DNA of 63,747 nucleotides, the filler included, from Asterionella formosa (Eukaryota), in NCBI GenBank assembly GCA_002256025.1. It is 10 parts of 10 records of this genome, joined end to end, with 100 filler letters (N's around TTAATTAATTAA, not from the genome) between each part and the next. Parts side by side here need not be neighbours in the genome. Positions count along the whole stretch, not along the records: positions 1 to 6,307 come from NKIB01012749.1; positions 6,408 to 12,699 come from NKIB01012751.1; 8 more parts are not named here. One strand, 5' to 3'. Position numbers and translations under genes: made by a program. The notes beneath the pieces are model-generated. The model saw only the letters and a program-made list of their open reading frames with translations, made no database searches and had not been told where the DNA came from. Below, piece after piece: positions 1 through 10,985 of the stretch. Position 1 is the first letter of the stretch, and the number at the start of each line of letters is the position of its first letter.

Positions 1-569
1 CATGTGAGTTGATCATGGCATCACTTTCGTAACCTGCAATATGCATTCGAAGAATATCGACGACCCGGGAATAACTGGAATTCGATAGGATCGCTAGACT
101 ACATAAAATGCTATCGAGTAGAGATGTAGAGCATAAACGTAATGTCAACAGTTGATATCATCAAGTTCGCGGGTATGGCATGCTAGGTAGAGAACGAGCT
201 CGGTGTGCTGAGAAGTCTTGGGCAAAAATTCAGATGGCACAACTTCTGCATGGGTCCCGAGATGTTCCCCATCTTGAAACTTATCCTTGAACTCAAATGG
301 CTGGCCATTCCATTCCTCTTTGACATCTAAACATTATACATATACTGATTCCATATACATAATCAGTTTATACTTGCTCAGTTGGTTAACATGGTTGTAT
401 TGATATATACATGGCCTGCGACACGTTTTACAACAAGTGAATGTTTTCCATAGCAATCATCAGGATCTTGTATTCCAATGTATAATTGAAAATTCGCTAA
501 GAGCTCTAATGTGGAACATGAATTAAAAATTCTGCATTAATACTATTAGTCACAATTAAATACTAGTGA

Positions 570-1631
570 TTACGCAGCAGAGTTTCGCATTTGTACACTA
601 CGCACCTCGAGATCAGGGAATGATCTCGGAGAGATCAAAGCAGTCGCCGACATCGGAATGCAAAGCTGTGTGCACCTTGTCAGTTCAGGAATAAATTCTA
701 CCTTCGGAGCGGTTTGGCTCGGATCAACACACAAGAGGTCGACGAGACCAGTCATCACGTTGATTTGAGCTGCAAAGCCTTCTGGTACCTTGAGAAATCG
801 CCTCAATTTCTTTTGCTTCCTTTCTGTTTTCGATACTTTCTGGGAATCCATCTCTGGATCAATCGTTTTGCATTGATTCCTTGGAGTGACTTCTACCGCC
901 TTATAGGTCTTCTTACAGCTAATTTCTATCATTGGGTCGCGCTGAGGCACCATAAGGGATGGTATATGAACAATATCACTTTTCAAGTAGGTCTTCCAGG
1001 GAACGACTGCCTGACCAATCGGAGAAATCTCTTGCGATATCTCGAAGAAATCCAGATGGTGACGGTTGGTTGATCTACTTCGTCGTTGACTTGGAATGTC
1101 CGTCCCTGTCGAACAAGCAGTTCTGTAAATTTCGTTGTCACCTTCGTTTCCAACCCTGTCGGATGCGACAGGGCAACCTTTTCTTTCTTTGTCGATCCTT
1201 TCAAAGCAGGTGTCCAAGGGACCGCCAATGCTTATGATCGTTGCGTTGACCTTCGTTGAGTCAAACGACGTTGTCAGCGTCAAGAGGGGACGGTTCATAC
1301 TTTCGTCATGGTCGGTGAGCCTTCGTGTCGAAAGTAGTTTTGTTGAAATGAGATGCTTTCGTAGAGGCTTGCCTGCCTTATTGGGTGAAAATGCGTTAAT
1401 TTTTGGAGCAGTGCGAACTAAATTATGCAGCCGGTTGGTTCGTTTGGTTACGGTACAAGGCAACATGGTGTTGCGTATATTGTGCCCTCTGAGTTGAACA
1501 CTTTCATCCTGCTTCATGTTGGTCTCTTCGTCTCCCAAACTGATCCAAGTGCTGTAGCCTTTTCGAGGGAGCTGCTGTTGCTTTTGTTGGTTCTTGATGA
1601 ATGATTGTGGTGTTGGATGAAATGCAGTCAT
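570..1631 (-). CDS. Hypothetical protein, 353 aa, no recognised domain
   Basis: Long ATG-initiated ORF with coding-like composition relative to AT-rich flanks; no motif recognised. Confidence 0.5.
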   Translation of the reverse strand: MTAFHPTPQSFIKNQQKQQQLPRKGYSTWISLGDEETNMKQDESVQLRGHNIRNTMLPCTVTKRTNRLHNLVRTAPKINAFSPNKAGKPLRKHLISTKLLSTRRLTDHDESMNRPLLTLTTSFDSTKVNATIISIGGPLDTCFERIDKERKGCPVASDRVGNEGDNEIYRTACSTGTDIPSQRRSRSTNRHHLDFFEISQEISPIGQAVVPWKTYLKSDIVHIPSLMVPQRDPMIEISCKKTYKAVEVTPRNQCKTIDPEMDSQKVSKTERKQKKLRRFLKVPEGFAAQINVMTGLVDLLCVDPSQTAPKVEFIPELTRCTQLCIPMSATALISPRSFPDLEVRSVQMRNSAA

Positions 1632-1949
1632 TTGAGAGAATTTATGTCAAAAGTCCTAACCATGGTGAACTGAAAAACCCAAAGACACCAATCCCCGAGG
1701 GAACATGAACGATGTTCGTGTTTCGTCAGGTTTAACATGTGTTCAGTACCAATGCTGGTACATGCCTCGGTCAAAAGTTCACAGTCGTTTTTACATGAAG
1801 TTCGAACATCAAGGACAAGTCCCAGACAGGTTGAAATGGGCTTGCTTTGTATTATTGACATTTCCTTTTATCATGGTAAGGACGCTACGTATATAATTGA
1901 AGAATTTGTGTGCGCGTAGCTAGAGAGGCAGTATGATATCCCAGTATTT

Positions 1950-2302
1950 TGACGCATACGTCAGTAATAGCATAGGATACATAATTTCATACTGTCCGAG
2001 ATCATCATTAATTGCAAATGTCAGTTCGATATTTCGACATGTACGACATGACACCTTCTGAAAATGACAATATTATGCTGGCCTTTGATATTTAGAGGGA
2101 GTAATAAATAGGATTGATACCGGTAGTGACGCATACGTCAGTAATAGCATAGGCTACATCATTTCATACTGTCCGAAATCATCTTAAATTGCAAATGTCA
2201 GTTCGATATTTCAACATGTAAGACATGACACTCTTCTGAAAATGACAATGTTATGCTGGCCTCTGATATTTAGAGGGAGTGATAAATAGGATTGATACCG
2301 GT
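1950..2302. repeat. Direct tandem duplication, 2 x ~177 bp
   Basis: Near-identical units start at 1950 and 2127 (tgacgcatacgtcagtaatagcatagg...aataggattgataccggt). Confidence 0.95.
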
Positions 2303-5300
2303 GCTACCGGTAGGGTTCAAACATTTTTCGGAACAAGAATACCGGTATCGGTACCGGTACTCGAGTCGGTCGCATGGGGTTCTTTTCTTCAATAATCTGA
2401 AGAGCACACGAGTCTTGTCCAAGAAACAGTACGATGTACAAGGTTGTGTTCATTCTGGTCCATCATAATGATGAAATCTTATTTCAATGTTCCTTCGTCA
2501 TTTTCTGGGCAATTCATGTATTCCTTGGGATATGTTGATGACAACAACGTCAAAGTAATCCTTGTAACATGTTGCGGAATTTGTAATAGACGAAATATGA
2601 ATGACACATGCAAAAATAGGTTTTATATTTGGTGTGCATTGCTTGACATTGTTGATCATTTCCAGAAGCAATCCCCACCCTAGCTATCATCTTGTTTTTC
2701 GATGAGAACTGTGGATGTCTAAGTAATTATTGGTACCTCTAAGTATTTTTTATTTAGGGGCAATATAGGGGCACAGTGGATTTTTCGGCAGTCCAATTTT
2801 AGGTTTGAGCAGGGACCATCGAGCAACGTCAGGAGTAGAATTTTCACGGGAAAAAGTTTAGACACATCAAAAATGCATGGACCACCGAATATACCGGTAC
2901 CGGTATATGCATGAAAAATAGTCACTCAAGAATGATTGTAACAAGCATCGAAAATTCGACACAATGTTGTGGGACAATGTTGTGAAGCAACAAAAGTATG
3001 AAACAGAAATCGAATGGTAAGGAGTGAAAATGACAAGTAGGGAGTAGAATAAAAAGTGAAAAAGAAAATTGGTCAGCGGAGAAATGGTGTGAAAAATTAT
3101 CAACGCCATTTCATTAACAAATGTCAACTCACACTTTTTTATTGTTGCAACGAAATTTCAGAAACGTTCACATCGGGCCTGGAGCAGCAGAAACCGATGC
3201 ATGCATGGATTTGGAGGTAGTGGTTTCTTGATTGATTTTGAGTTGTGGTGGTGGGGTGGTGGAGGAGCAATAGCTTGTTGATAGTGGAGGTTTGGTGCTG
3301 GGGGTGCAGGCTGCTGGTAGGATCAGGCAGGAGGAGGAGCAGGATGAATGGCAGCCCATTTCGGCAGGAATATCTAGGGGCTATTGAAAATATTGAATGT
3401 AGTTTGGCAGTCCAAAAATGGAGCATATGAAATATACAAAATATGTTTTATGTGATGGGGAATTGCAGGATAAGCAAAGTAAAGATACTTTTTGAACTTT
3501 GAAAGGAATTATTTGATTCATCTCGTCACTTAATTCAGTCTCAATTTCAATTATTATCACTTAAACTTCACATGAAAGCGTTAAAAGTATGGCAGGATAT
3601 TAGGCATATATAAACTCGCAAAATGAATGTGCATCACTCATTACACCCATCACCGCTGATACCAATGCGAATCACCTCTCTGTCCCCAATGCTTTGGTGA
3701 CCTATAACTATCTTGTCCTCACTTGCCCCCAACCTCAAACCTTTCGAGCTAAAAAGTGGCCTAGAATATTAGATAGAGGCATGGGAGAACGGTGAATTGG
3801 ACTCACCCCACTTGGCATCTCCTGGAACATATTCACACTGACGCTTTGGTCACCTATAATGCCTACTACAAAGCATTCCACCTACAGAGCCTCTGATTGG
3901 TTGTAACAAAGCCTTATGCGTTCATATAGCTTTATGACCATCAAGTTTACCATAGACAATGCTTCTTTACCCTGCTCAGGATCGGACCTGTCCCTTTCTG
4001 AATTCTAGCCTTCCATTATCTGACTCCAATAAACCCGCATTCCAGCGACTGAAATAACCACGTATGTTGGGTTGATAGTCAGCCATTCCTGACAATGGGA
4101 TCCATCAGTTTGATCTCCCTTTACGCTGAGGAAGATTAATACATGCATTCTCCCACGTCCATGGAGGCTTGATTAACTATAATCAACAACAATTCTCTCA
4201 AATTACGCGAGATAAATACCTTCAGGGCTCTGCCAATATCTCATTAATTATCTACAACACCCCTAGCACCATACTCAGTCTATGTAGCTCATTCGCATCA
4301 CAATTGGGTACTATGTACCCTGGTGCGTCCCAAAGGACTCCAAAGTGGTAGCTAGAAGAGTGTCCATAATGGGTACTTATTTTGCAATTTATATAGGTGG
4401 ATGTGCAGCACACATTGTCTTGATGTGATGTTGTGGTTACTAACTCAACTAGCAAACCAAAATCACTATTGACTTTAAAACACAACATATCATGGTAATT
4501 CTTCCCGCTTGCAGGCACTCTTTTGTATGTTCTTCGCTTTAGTAGCTACTGCTAGCTAGCTGTACTAGCTTGGCGTCTACTGTTCTTATTACTAGCCTTG
4601 AACTTTCTTCATCGAGTCTCGGTGTTAAGTACGTCTGCAAATAAAAACCATCATATTTCCATGATGCATCATAGGATTGTGATCATCGCCCACTCAAGAT
4701 ATAGAAACATAGAACCATTCTTAAATATAGTTCTAAATTTCGATCCATTTCATCCTATTTTAGACGGTGATATCGATGAGAATTACGATCATGTTAAGAT
4801 AGATGTATGACAAAAGTATACACATCATAGGCCCATGTTTAACTAATTATATGATGCAATGGTATCATACTAACTATGATAGTATCATCATTCTTCAAGT
4901 TCGGTAAAATATTAATAAATCATCATAGTTACAGGATACCTTGATCATAGTTTTGATCCAAAAATTATCATATATATGAAAATCCTGTGCCACTTTGCGT
5001 ACGATACCCTTGATCAGCCATATTTGCTGATACATTTTATTTGCAGACGTTATTAAAAGCTTAAACCAAACTCTAATTTCAATCCCCTACTTTTCATTGC
5101 AACCACATCTCATCTTTCTTGAGAGCTTATTCTTTTACAGTGTTACCTTTTATTAACATGAACCTTTTTTCAATTGATGCAAAGGGTCCTCAGTCTCAGT
5201 AGAAGATCTCTTTGACATGCACATCATCATTTGATGAATTAGACTTCTGTTGAGTCCACAATCCTAGTTTTTCATGATACATATACTGGTAGCCATTTAG

Positions 5301-6219
5301 CGACGCTCAAGTATTCTTGACATAGTGGTAGCTACCAGGGTACTATGACGTCATGGCTCATCCTGAGGATCCAAAGTGACTGGCCTTGACATCTAATGTT
5401 TCATCAGATAATATGATGTGCATAATACATACTATACAGGCTTCAGGTATGTGATCATATACTAAGATTACTACTTTATGCTACCCTCACATGATGAAAG
5501 GCTAACTACTTGGGTTGGAAAAGTTTAAAACTTCTGGGGAGCTCGAAGAAAGCTCAACAAGGTGACGAGTCCTCTGATGAGGTCTGGAGGAAATCTCCTT
5601 GGGACCCACCACCCAAAGACATGTAAAACCAGGCAGCTACCCTGTCGAAGGTATCAGGTGACTACCAATAATCATTCAGCTTTTTTGGTTAAGTATGTGT
5701 GTGACTAAGCAAGCTAGGTATAATGCACCACCACCTCACCAGGACAAGGAGAACAAAAGTGGTGGGACTTCCCCCCTCCCCCCCCCCTGTTTCTACACTT
5801 TCTCTTTTTGGGTTTTGTATCAACTTGATGGATCTAGGCAGGTAAAATATGTACTGCTGACAAGGTTGGGTCTGTGTCAACAGTTATAGTTTAAGATTAC
5901 TATGGCTAGGATGAAAAAGGAATTGAAGACGCCTATTATACTACATATGGATGATGTTGCTTGTGCTGAGTCAAAACGTGTACCAGTATGTAGCTTGCAA
6001 TACGTAAACTAAATGAAGCAACCCCAGAAGTGACAACCGGTACCTTGTAACTATGTTGAGGTACCACGTAAAACAGTCCATGTGACATAGCGACGATGCA
6101 ATTCAAGTACATGGTACCTGGTACCAGGTACCAGGTACGGTACCGGTACCTTGTAGTCTAGTGCATGCATGAACACATGCATGGACATGAAAGGTTTTAG
6201 ACCTTGCACATTACTTCAC

Positions 6220-6307
6220 ATTTTTTTTATTTTTTTTATTTTTTTTTTTTTTTTATTTTTTTTTTTTTTTTTTAGAAGTAAAGTTGTACAAGGTAGATAA
6301 GTAGAGT
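6220..6307 (-). mobile_element. Probable 3' poly(A) tail of a non-LTR retroelement or retrocopy, at the contig end
   Basis: ~50-nt interrupted poly(T) on + strand, followed by ~35 nt and then the contig end. Confidence 0.4.
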
Positions 6308-6407
6308 NNNNNNNNNNNNNNNNNNNNNNNNNNNNNNNNNNNNNNNNNNNNTTAATTAATTAANNNNNNNNNNNNNNNNNNNNNNNNNNNNNNNNNNNNN
6401 NNNNNNN
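6308..6407. other. Artificial contig linker (N44-TTAATTAATTAA-N44); also at 12700, 19088, 25475, 31860, 38239, 44618, 50996 and 57372
   Basis: Identical 100-bp linker with stops in all six frames occurs nine times; contig lengths are non-increasing. Confidence 0.99.
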
Positions 6408-6628
6408 TAGTACCAGGTATGCTCATAATACTGGGGGTGTCGTGACCATCCTGACGATGCGGCTTTCTTGCTGCCATAAAGATAGCAAGGTGAGAAGGAC
6501 GGACACGCAAAATGTTTGTACCAGAATATACCCGAAAGTGACACAATATGATATGGCATGCAATGGGAAATCAAATCTTCATGGTATGAAGTACAATCTA
6601 ATGATAGAATGATGACACCACAAATGAG

Positions 6629-8542
6629 CTAGTCTCTAGAACAAGTCAAGCTGGCTTTACCCCCATGCCATCCCTCAATCCATTTTTTGATGTGCAGTCT
6701 TTCAATTTCTCTTGCCTTTACAACACAACCTGGATCAAGTGGATCACTGTACATTAAGTCAGTGTGGTGACCACCAAACTCAATAATTAGTGCAATCATA
6801 CTACCATCGGTGGTGATATTTTGAACCATTGGACCATCATAGCCAGTTGATGGGGGTATTTCGTCTGCATAAACACCAGCTGCACTCCAGGGGTCCAATA
6901 ATCCATTGGAAAAAACAATGTTGGAATGGGAACCAATGCGAAGCCCACCATAATAAAGATCCAACCATGTGGACCAGGGATCGTGAACTTGAGGATAGCC
7001 AAAGATCCCATCAGGGTCAATGCACCAATCAACAGAGTAGTCGTGAATGATATCGTTATATGTTTCAGTACCTCTTGGAAAAGAAGGAGGCCAAAACATA
7101 TCATGCCCAAGACCCCTAGCATCTGTAATGATTATATTCATATCTTCATTGCAACAAAGTGAATTCCAACTGCCTTCAGCTTTCATTTTTTCAAGACATT
7201 TCTGCGCATCATCTGCACCCTTCTTCCTTTCCACCCTTCGCAGTGATTGAGATTTGCTGGTTTCTGTGACTTGATTGTAGTCAACACTGATGTTTTCCCA
7301 TTCTTTTGCATTCATGTTGATAGCTGGTGTTATGTTGAAGCAACCAAGGTTGTGACTGACATTAAACCAAATTCCAACAGCATCTCTAACACTTGAAAGT
7401 AAGCCAACAATTGTTTCAGAGTATGACCAGGATGATGCATCATGCACCGATACATTGTTCCAGTCAACATCAAGAACCAGTCCTGAATCTCCATATTTAA
7501 TTGAGTGCTTCACTGCAGTTGCTTCCCTGTTCCCGTTTATTTGGATACCCCATTCCTGGTGTAGGTGGCTGACATTCCAGCAAGCTGCCTGAAGGGGCCA
7601 GGCTGGCAGATCATTTAATCCCATATGCAAGGCGAATGTAATATATGATGACGGATATGGAAAACTACTTTCTGCCAGATCAAACCACGGGCTCTGCGCC
7701 CATTCGAGCAGCTGAAGTACACTATCCATGTCCTCCAGTGGATCGCACAACCTAAATGCTTTAGCCAATTCGTCTCTCCCTTGTTGAGTCTCTCCCAGAA
7801 ACATAATCAGAGGCCACGCTGCTTGCAGATTCTCCACACAGTGATTATCCTTTCGCGTTTCCAGTGTGGGTGGAAACGACAGAGTCAGGCCGGTTGTGAC
7901 AACTGTCCAAGCAGTGTCAATCGCGGTGGGTCGATTCCTGGGAAAGCCCCAAATGGGAGCTGATGCTGCAATTGCTCCAGCGATCATGTCGGGGTACTTC
8001 ATGCGCAACCATGAACTCAACATCCCCCCATAGCTCCCACCGAATGCAATCACCGGTCGTTTGGATTGAGGATTAAGGAAATCTAACAGCGTTACAAAGT
8101 CTGCAAGGGCTTGTTGTGACGATGCGTAGGACATGCAATCATTGGATATGTTTCTTGGCAGGGATTCTCCTTCGTATCGATGTTCGAAGAAGGCAACTTG
8201 GGCCTGGAAGGTTGGCGCTAGCTCCCATATCAACCCAGTATTGTTGATGTATTGTTCCAAGGGAGATTCGTTGCCAGTGTAGAGAAAGATTGGATCAGTA
8301 GTTAAGTTGGTCATGAACCCATCGTACAAACAATATCTCTGCAAATAGCTCGGGCTCTTTCCTATGGATACGAAATGGTTGAGCGGCTGTTTAAAGTGTG
8401 TGCATGTCATGTTGTCAATAGTGAAACTAGCGGATGATTTTAGTGGGAAGGCGCGTTGGTGCTTCCATGGCTTTCGCTTCGTCGCTTCTGCTGGCAAGAA
8501 AGGTGCAATGGCGACGAGAGACAAACTAGTTGAGTACTTCAT
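6629..8542 (-). CDS. Serine peptidase family S28 (lysosomal Pro-X carboxypeptidase/DPP2-like), with signal peptide
   Basis: Motifs F.Q.LNHF, FLYTGNE, EHRYEGES, QALADF, nucleophile GGSYGG, NGLLDPWS, GHHTDL; start taken at MKYSTSLSLVAIA (8542). Confidence 0.93.
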   Translation of the reverse strand: MKYSTSLSLVAIAPFLPAEATKRKPWKHQRAFPLKSSASFTIDNMTCTHFKQPLNHFVSIGKSPSYLQRYCLYDGFMTNLTTDPIFLYTGNESPLEQYINNTGLIWELAPTFQAQVAFFEHRYEGESLPRNISNDCMSYASSQQALADFVTLLDFLNPQSKRPVIAFGGSYGGMLSSWLRMKYPDMIAGAIAASAPIWGFPRNRPTAIDTAWTVVTTGLTLSFPPTLETRKDNHCVENLQAAWPLIMFLGETQQGRDELAKAFRLCDPLEDMDSVLQLLEWAQSPWFDLAESSFPYPSSYITFALHMGLNDLPAWPLQAACWNVSHLHQEWGIQINGNREATAVKHSIKYGDSGLVLDVDWNNVSVHDASSWSYSETIVGLLSSVRDAVGIWFNVSHNLGCFNITPAINMNAKEWENISVDYNQVTETSKSQSLRRVERKKGADDAQKCLEKMKAEGSWNSLCCNEDMNIIITDARGLGHDMFWPPSFPRGTETYNDIIHDYSVDWCIDPDGIFGYPQVHDPWSTWLDLYYGGLRIGSHSNIVFSNGLLDPWSAAGVYADEIPPSTGYDGPMVQNITTDGSMIALIIEFGGHHTDLMYSDPLDPGCVVKAREIERLHIKKWIEGWHGGKASLTCSRD

Positions 8543-9332
8543 TCCTGAGTCGATGTGCGCGAGTAATTCACAACAAACAAACAAAAACAACACCAATGAT
8601 ATCTCAACCTCACTTGCACGAGGTGCAGTATTTTAATAGAAGATGCAATATCCCTGAAATGTCCCAAATAGATTTTAAAATACCGGGTACCTGGTACTAT
8701 ACATCTGTTTCATATCTTACTGTAATTAGACTACAGTACCGGTACCGGTATCGGTATTATGGCTGATGCCATACAATCATACTAACTACCAGGTACTACC
8801 AGTACAGCAGTACTTATACCGGCATAGGCAGACAGCCCCAATCGTACCATACATACCTGTATCCACAATCCATAATGCTCCTCAGAGTACATTACTTAAG
8901 ATGGTACAGGTAGTCTACTGCCGGTACCAAGTACCATCGACGGGCCTGCGTTACGATCTTTTGTCGTAAAGCAAGAAATGTGTACTGTAGTTAGAAGAGG
9001 AGTACCCGGCACCAGGTAGTACCTGGTACGTTGTGCCAGGGGTAGTCTACGCGCACAGGCAATCCCGCAATGTACTACCGGTATGTTTGTATGAATGAAT
9101 GATGAATTTTTACCGGTATCCAGTACAGGTACACCGATTTACGTATGCTTTCTACCGGTAGTTCGCCAGCAAAGGACATCAGTATACCGGTAATGCAAAT
9201 TAGGTACACTACCCTGGTACCGGTATTGGCCATGTTCCCGGGGTTACCATATCTATCTCAACATCCTCATGGCCCTCCTGATGATTCAGCTCACTTTCTT
9301 TATTTACTAGGCCATTAAAACGCAACAGCACC

Positions 9333-10962
9333 ATGGACCAAAAGATTGAAGCCCTTTACCGCCAGATCTTCGCTGACTTGACAGTGGATGCCGACGAAGC
9401 CGACGAGCTGAAGGATTTCTTCAACGAAGTCAATCCTCCGCCAGATAAATTGGTTTGGCTTCGTGGCACTGCCTTTCGCATAGCCTGCGAGTTTCTCAGT
9501 GAGGAACATGATACCAATGTGGCTGTCCTGAGAGCTGTCAATGCCATTGTTCACTCGATTGAGTCCTCACGGATGGTGTAAGTTGGAGCGATTATTCAAA
9601 CAACCGGATATTCAAACTTACTTTCTGTGCTCACTGAAGCCTTCTGTTTCGTTTTCGTTGGACGATGCGTGCCCATGTGCTTGTACAGCCCAAAGGAATT
9701 GGACGGATCCAACTTTGACGAAGAGAAAGTCTCAGAGTTCTATTCCAACTTGTTTTCGGATTTGACCGTGGACCCTGACGAGAACGAAAACATGGCGGAG
9801 TTTTTTGGTTCCGAAAATACTCCTCCAAACGACCAGCTTATCAACACCAGGGCGTCGGCGTTTCGTATCGGATGCGACCATTTGACGGATGAGCGTGATA
9901 GCAACGTCAAGTTGTTTCGATGTATCAATGCGGCAGTACATGCCTTTGAGATGAGTTGTCTTTGTCCAAAACCATTTGAACTTGCCGAAGAGGTGACTTC
10001 ATCGATTAGCGTCGAGGCAATCGGGTTGGACGCCTCGATCGAACAGGCTGTCCAGCACCTTTGGGATCTCGATGTCAACCGTCTAAAACCTGGAGAGGAC
10101 TACATTATCAATGTTCAAAGTGGCAAGAGCCCCTACAGTACGTTCGGTAAACACTTTTTTTATTGACATTGTCAAAATGAAAGCTTTGGTCGTGCACGTC
10201 TAATGGTTTCCTTCCTTCTTCTCGACAGATGCCGGAGATGAAGCGCGTGAGCCTCTATTTATCATGGTTGACAAGAAAGCATTCAACCGTCCAACTTACA
10301 AGCACTTTCTGACCTTGATGGACAACTATATTTCCAAGACTGGTACCGCGGAAAATATTTCAGACACTGAACGAAGTGAAATCCGCAGCTTCCTCCTTGC
10401 CATTATGCAGACCGGGCCTATGCAGTTCTGTCACAAATACTGCCATGCTCAGAAGCCCGAAAAAGTTCCTGAAGACAAAGATGGATTCATGAAGTTATTG
10501 CATGGCATTTGGTTTGAACTGTATTCTCGTACCCGTGGAGGCAGACCTGATTCTTCTGGATTTGAACATGTATTTGTTGGTGAAGTCAAGGATGACAAGG
10601 TCAGTGGGTTCCACAACTGGATTAATCTCTATATGGAAGAAAAGAAGGGCACCTTGGATTACAAGGGATACATCAAGCCTAGGTCTCACAACGACTCTGA
10701 GACAAATTCTGACGACCATATTTTGACACTCCAGTTTGACTGGAATGGCGTTGAAAAGAGTGTTGGAACGAGTTTCATCGGTGTTTCGCCCGAATTTGAA
10801 ATGGCCTTGTATACCACTTGTTTCTTAATGGGACAGGAGGATAACAAAGTCAGTTTAGATACTGGCGGCGACGTCTTCGATTTGAATGTTAAGTGTTACA
10901 CCATGGGCCGTGGCAAAGTTGGAACAAGTTACCCTGAAGCTCTTTCTCACTATGAGGATTAA
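9333..10962 (+). CDS. EndoU-family poly(U)-specific endoribonuclease with two N-terminal ~85-aa repeats; exons 9333-9577, 9689-10137, 10229-10962
   Basis: LWDLDVNRL, DSSGFEHVFVGE, GFHNW, FIGVSPEFEMALYT motifs; both GT-AG introns splice in frame (checked by hand). Confidence 0.92.
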
Positions 10963-10985
10963 TACCTAAATAAGTGTTGAATATT

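Noticed and set aside
3500..6100. Possible decayed retroelement or gene
   Set aside because: No recognisable motif in any frame examined; left unannotated
6113..6150. KpnI/AgeI site clusters as cloning vector or adapter contamination
   Set aside because: The words are scattered through all contigs, vary in length, flank-duplicate TA and are polymorphic between paralogues, unlike a polylinker
6352..6363. TTAATTAATTAA recurring every ~6.4 kb and ORFs ending in ...LIN
   Set aside because: Synthetic six-frame-stop linker
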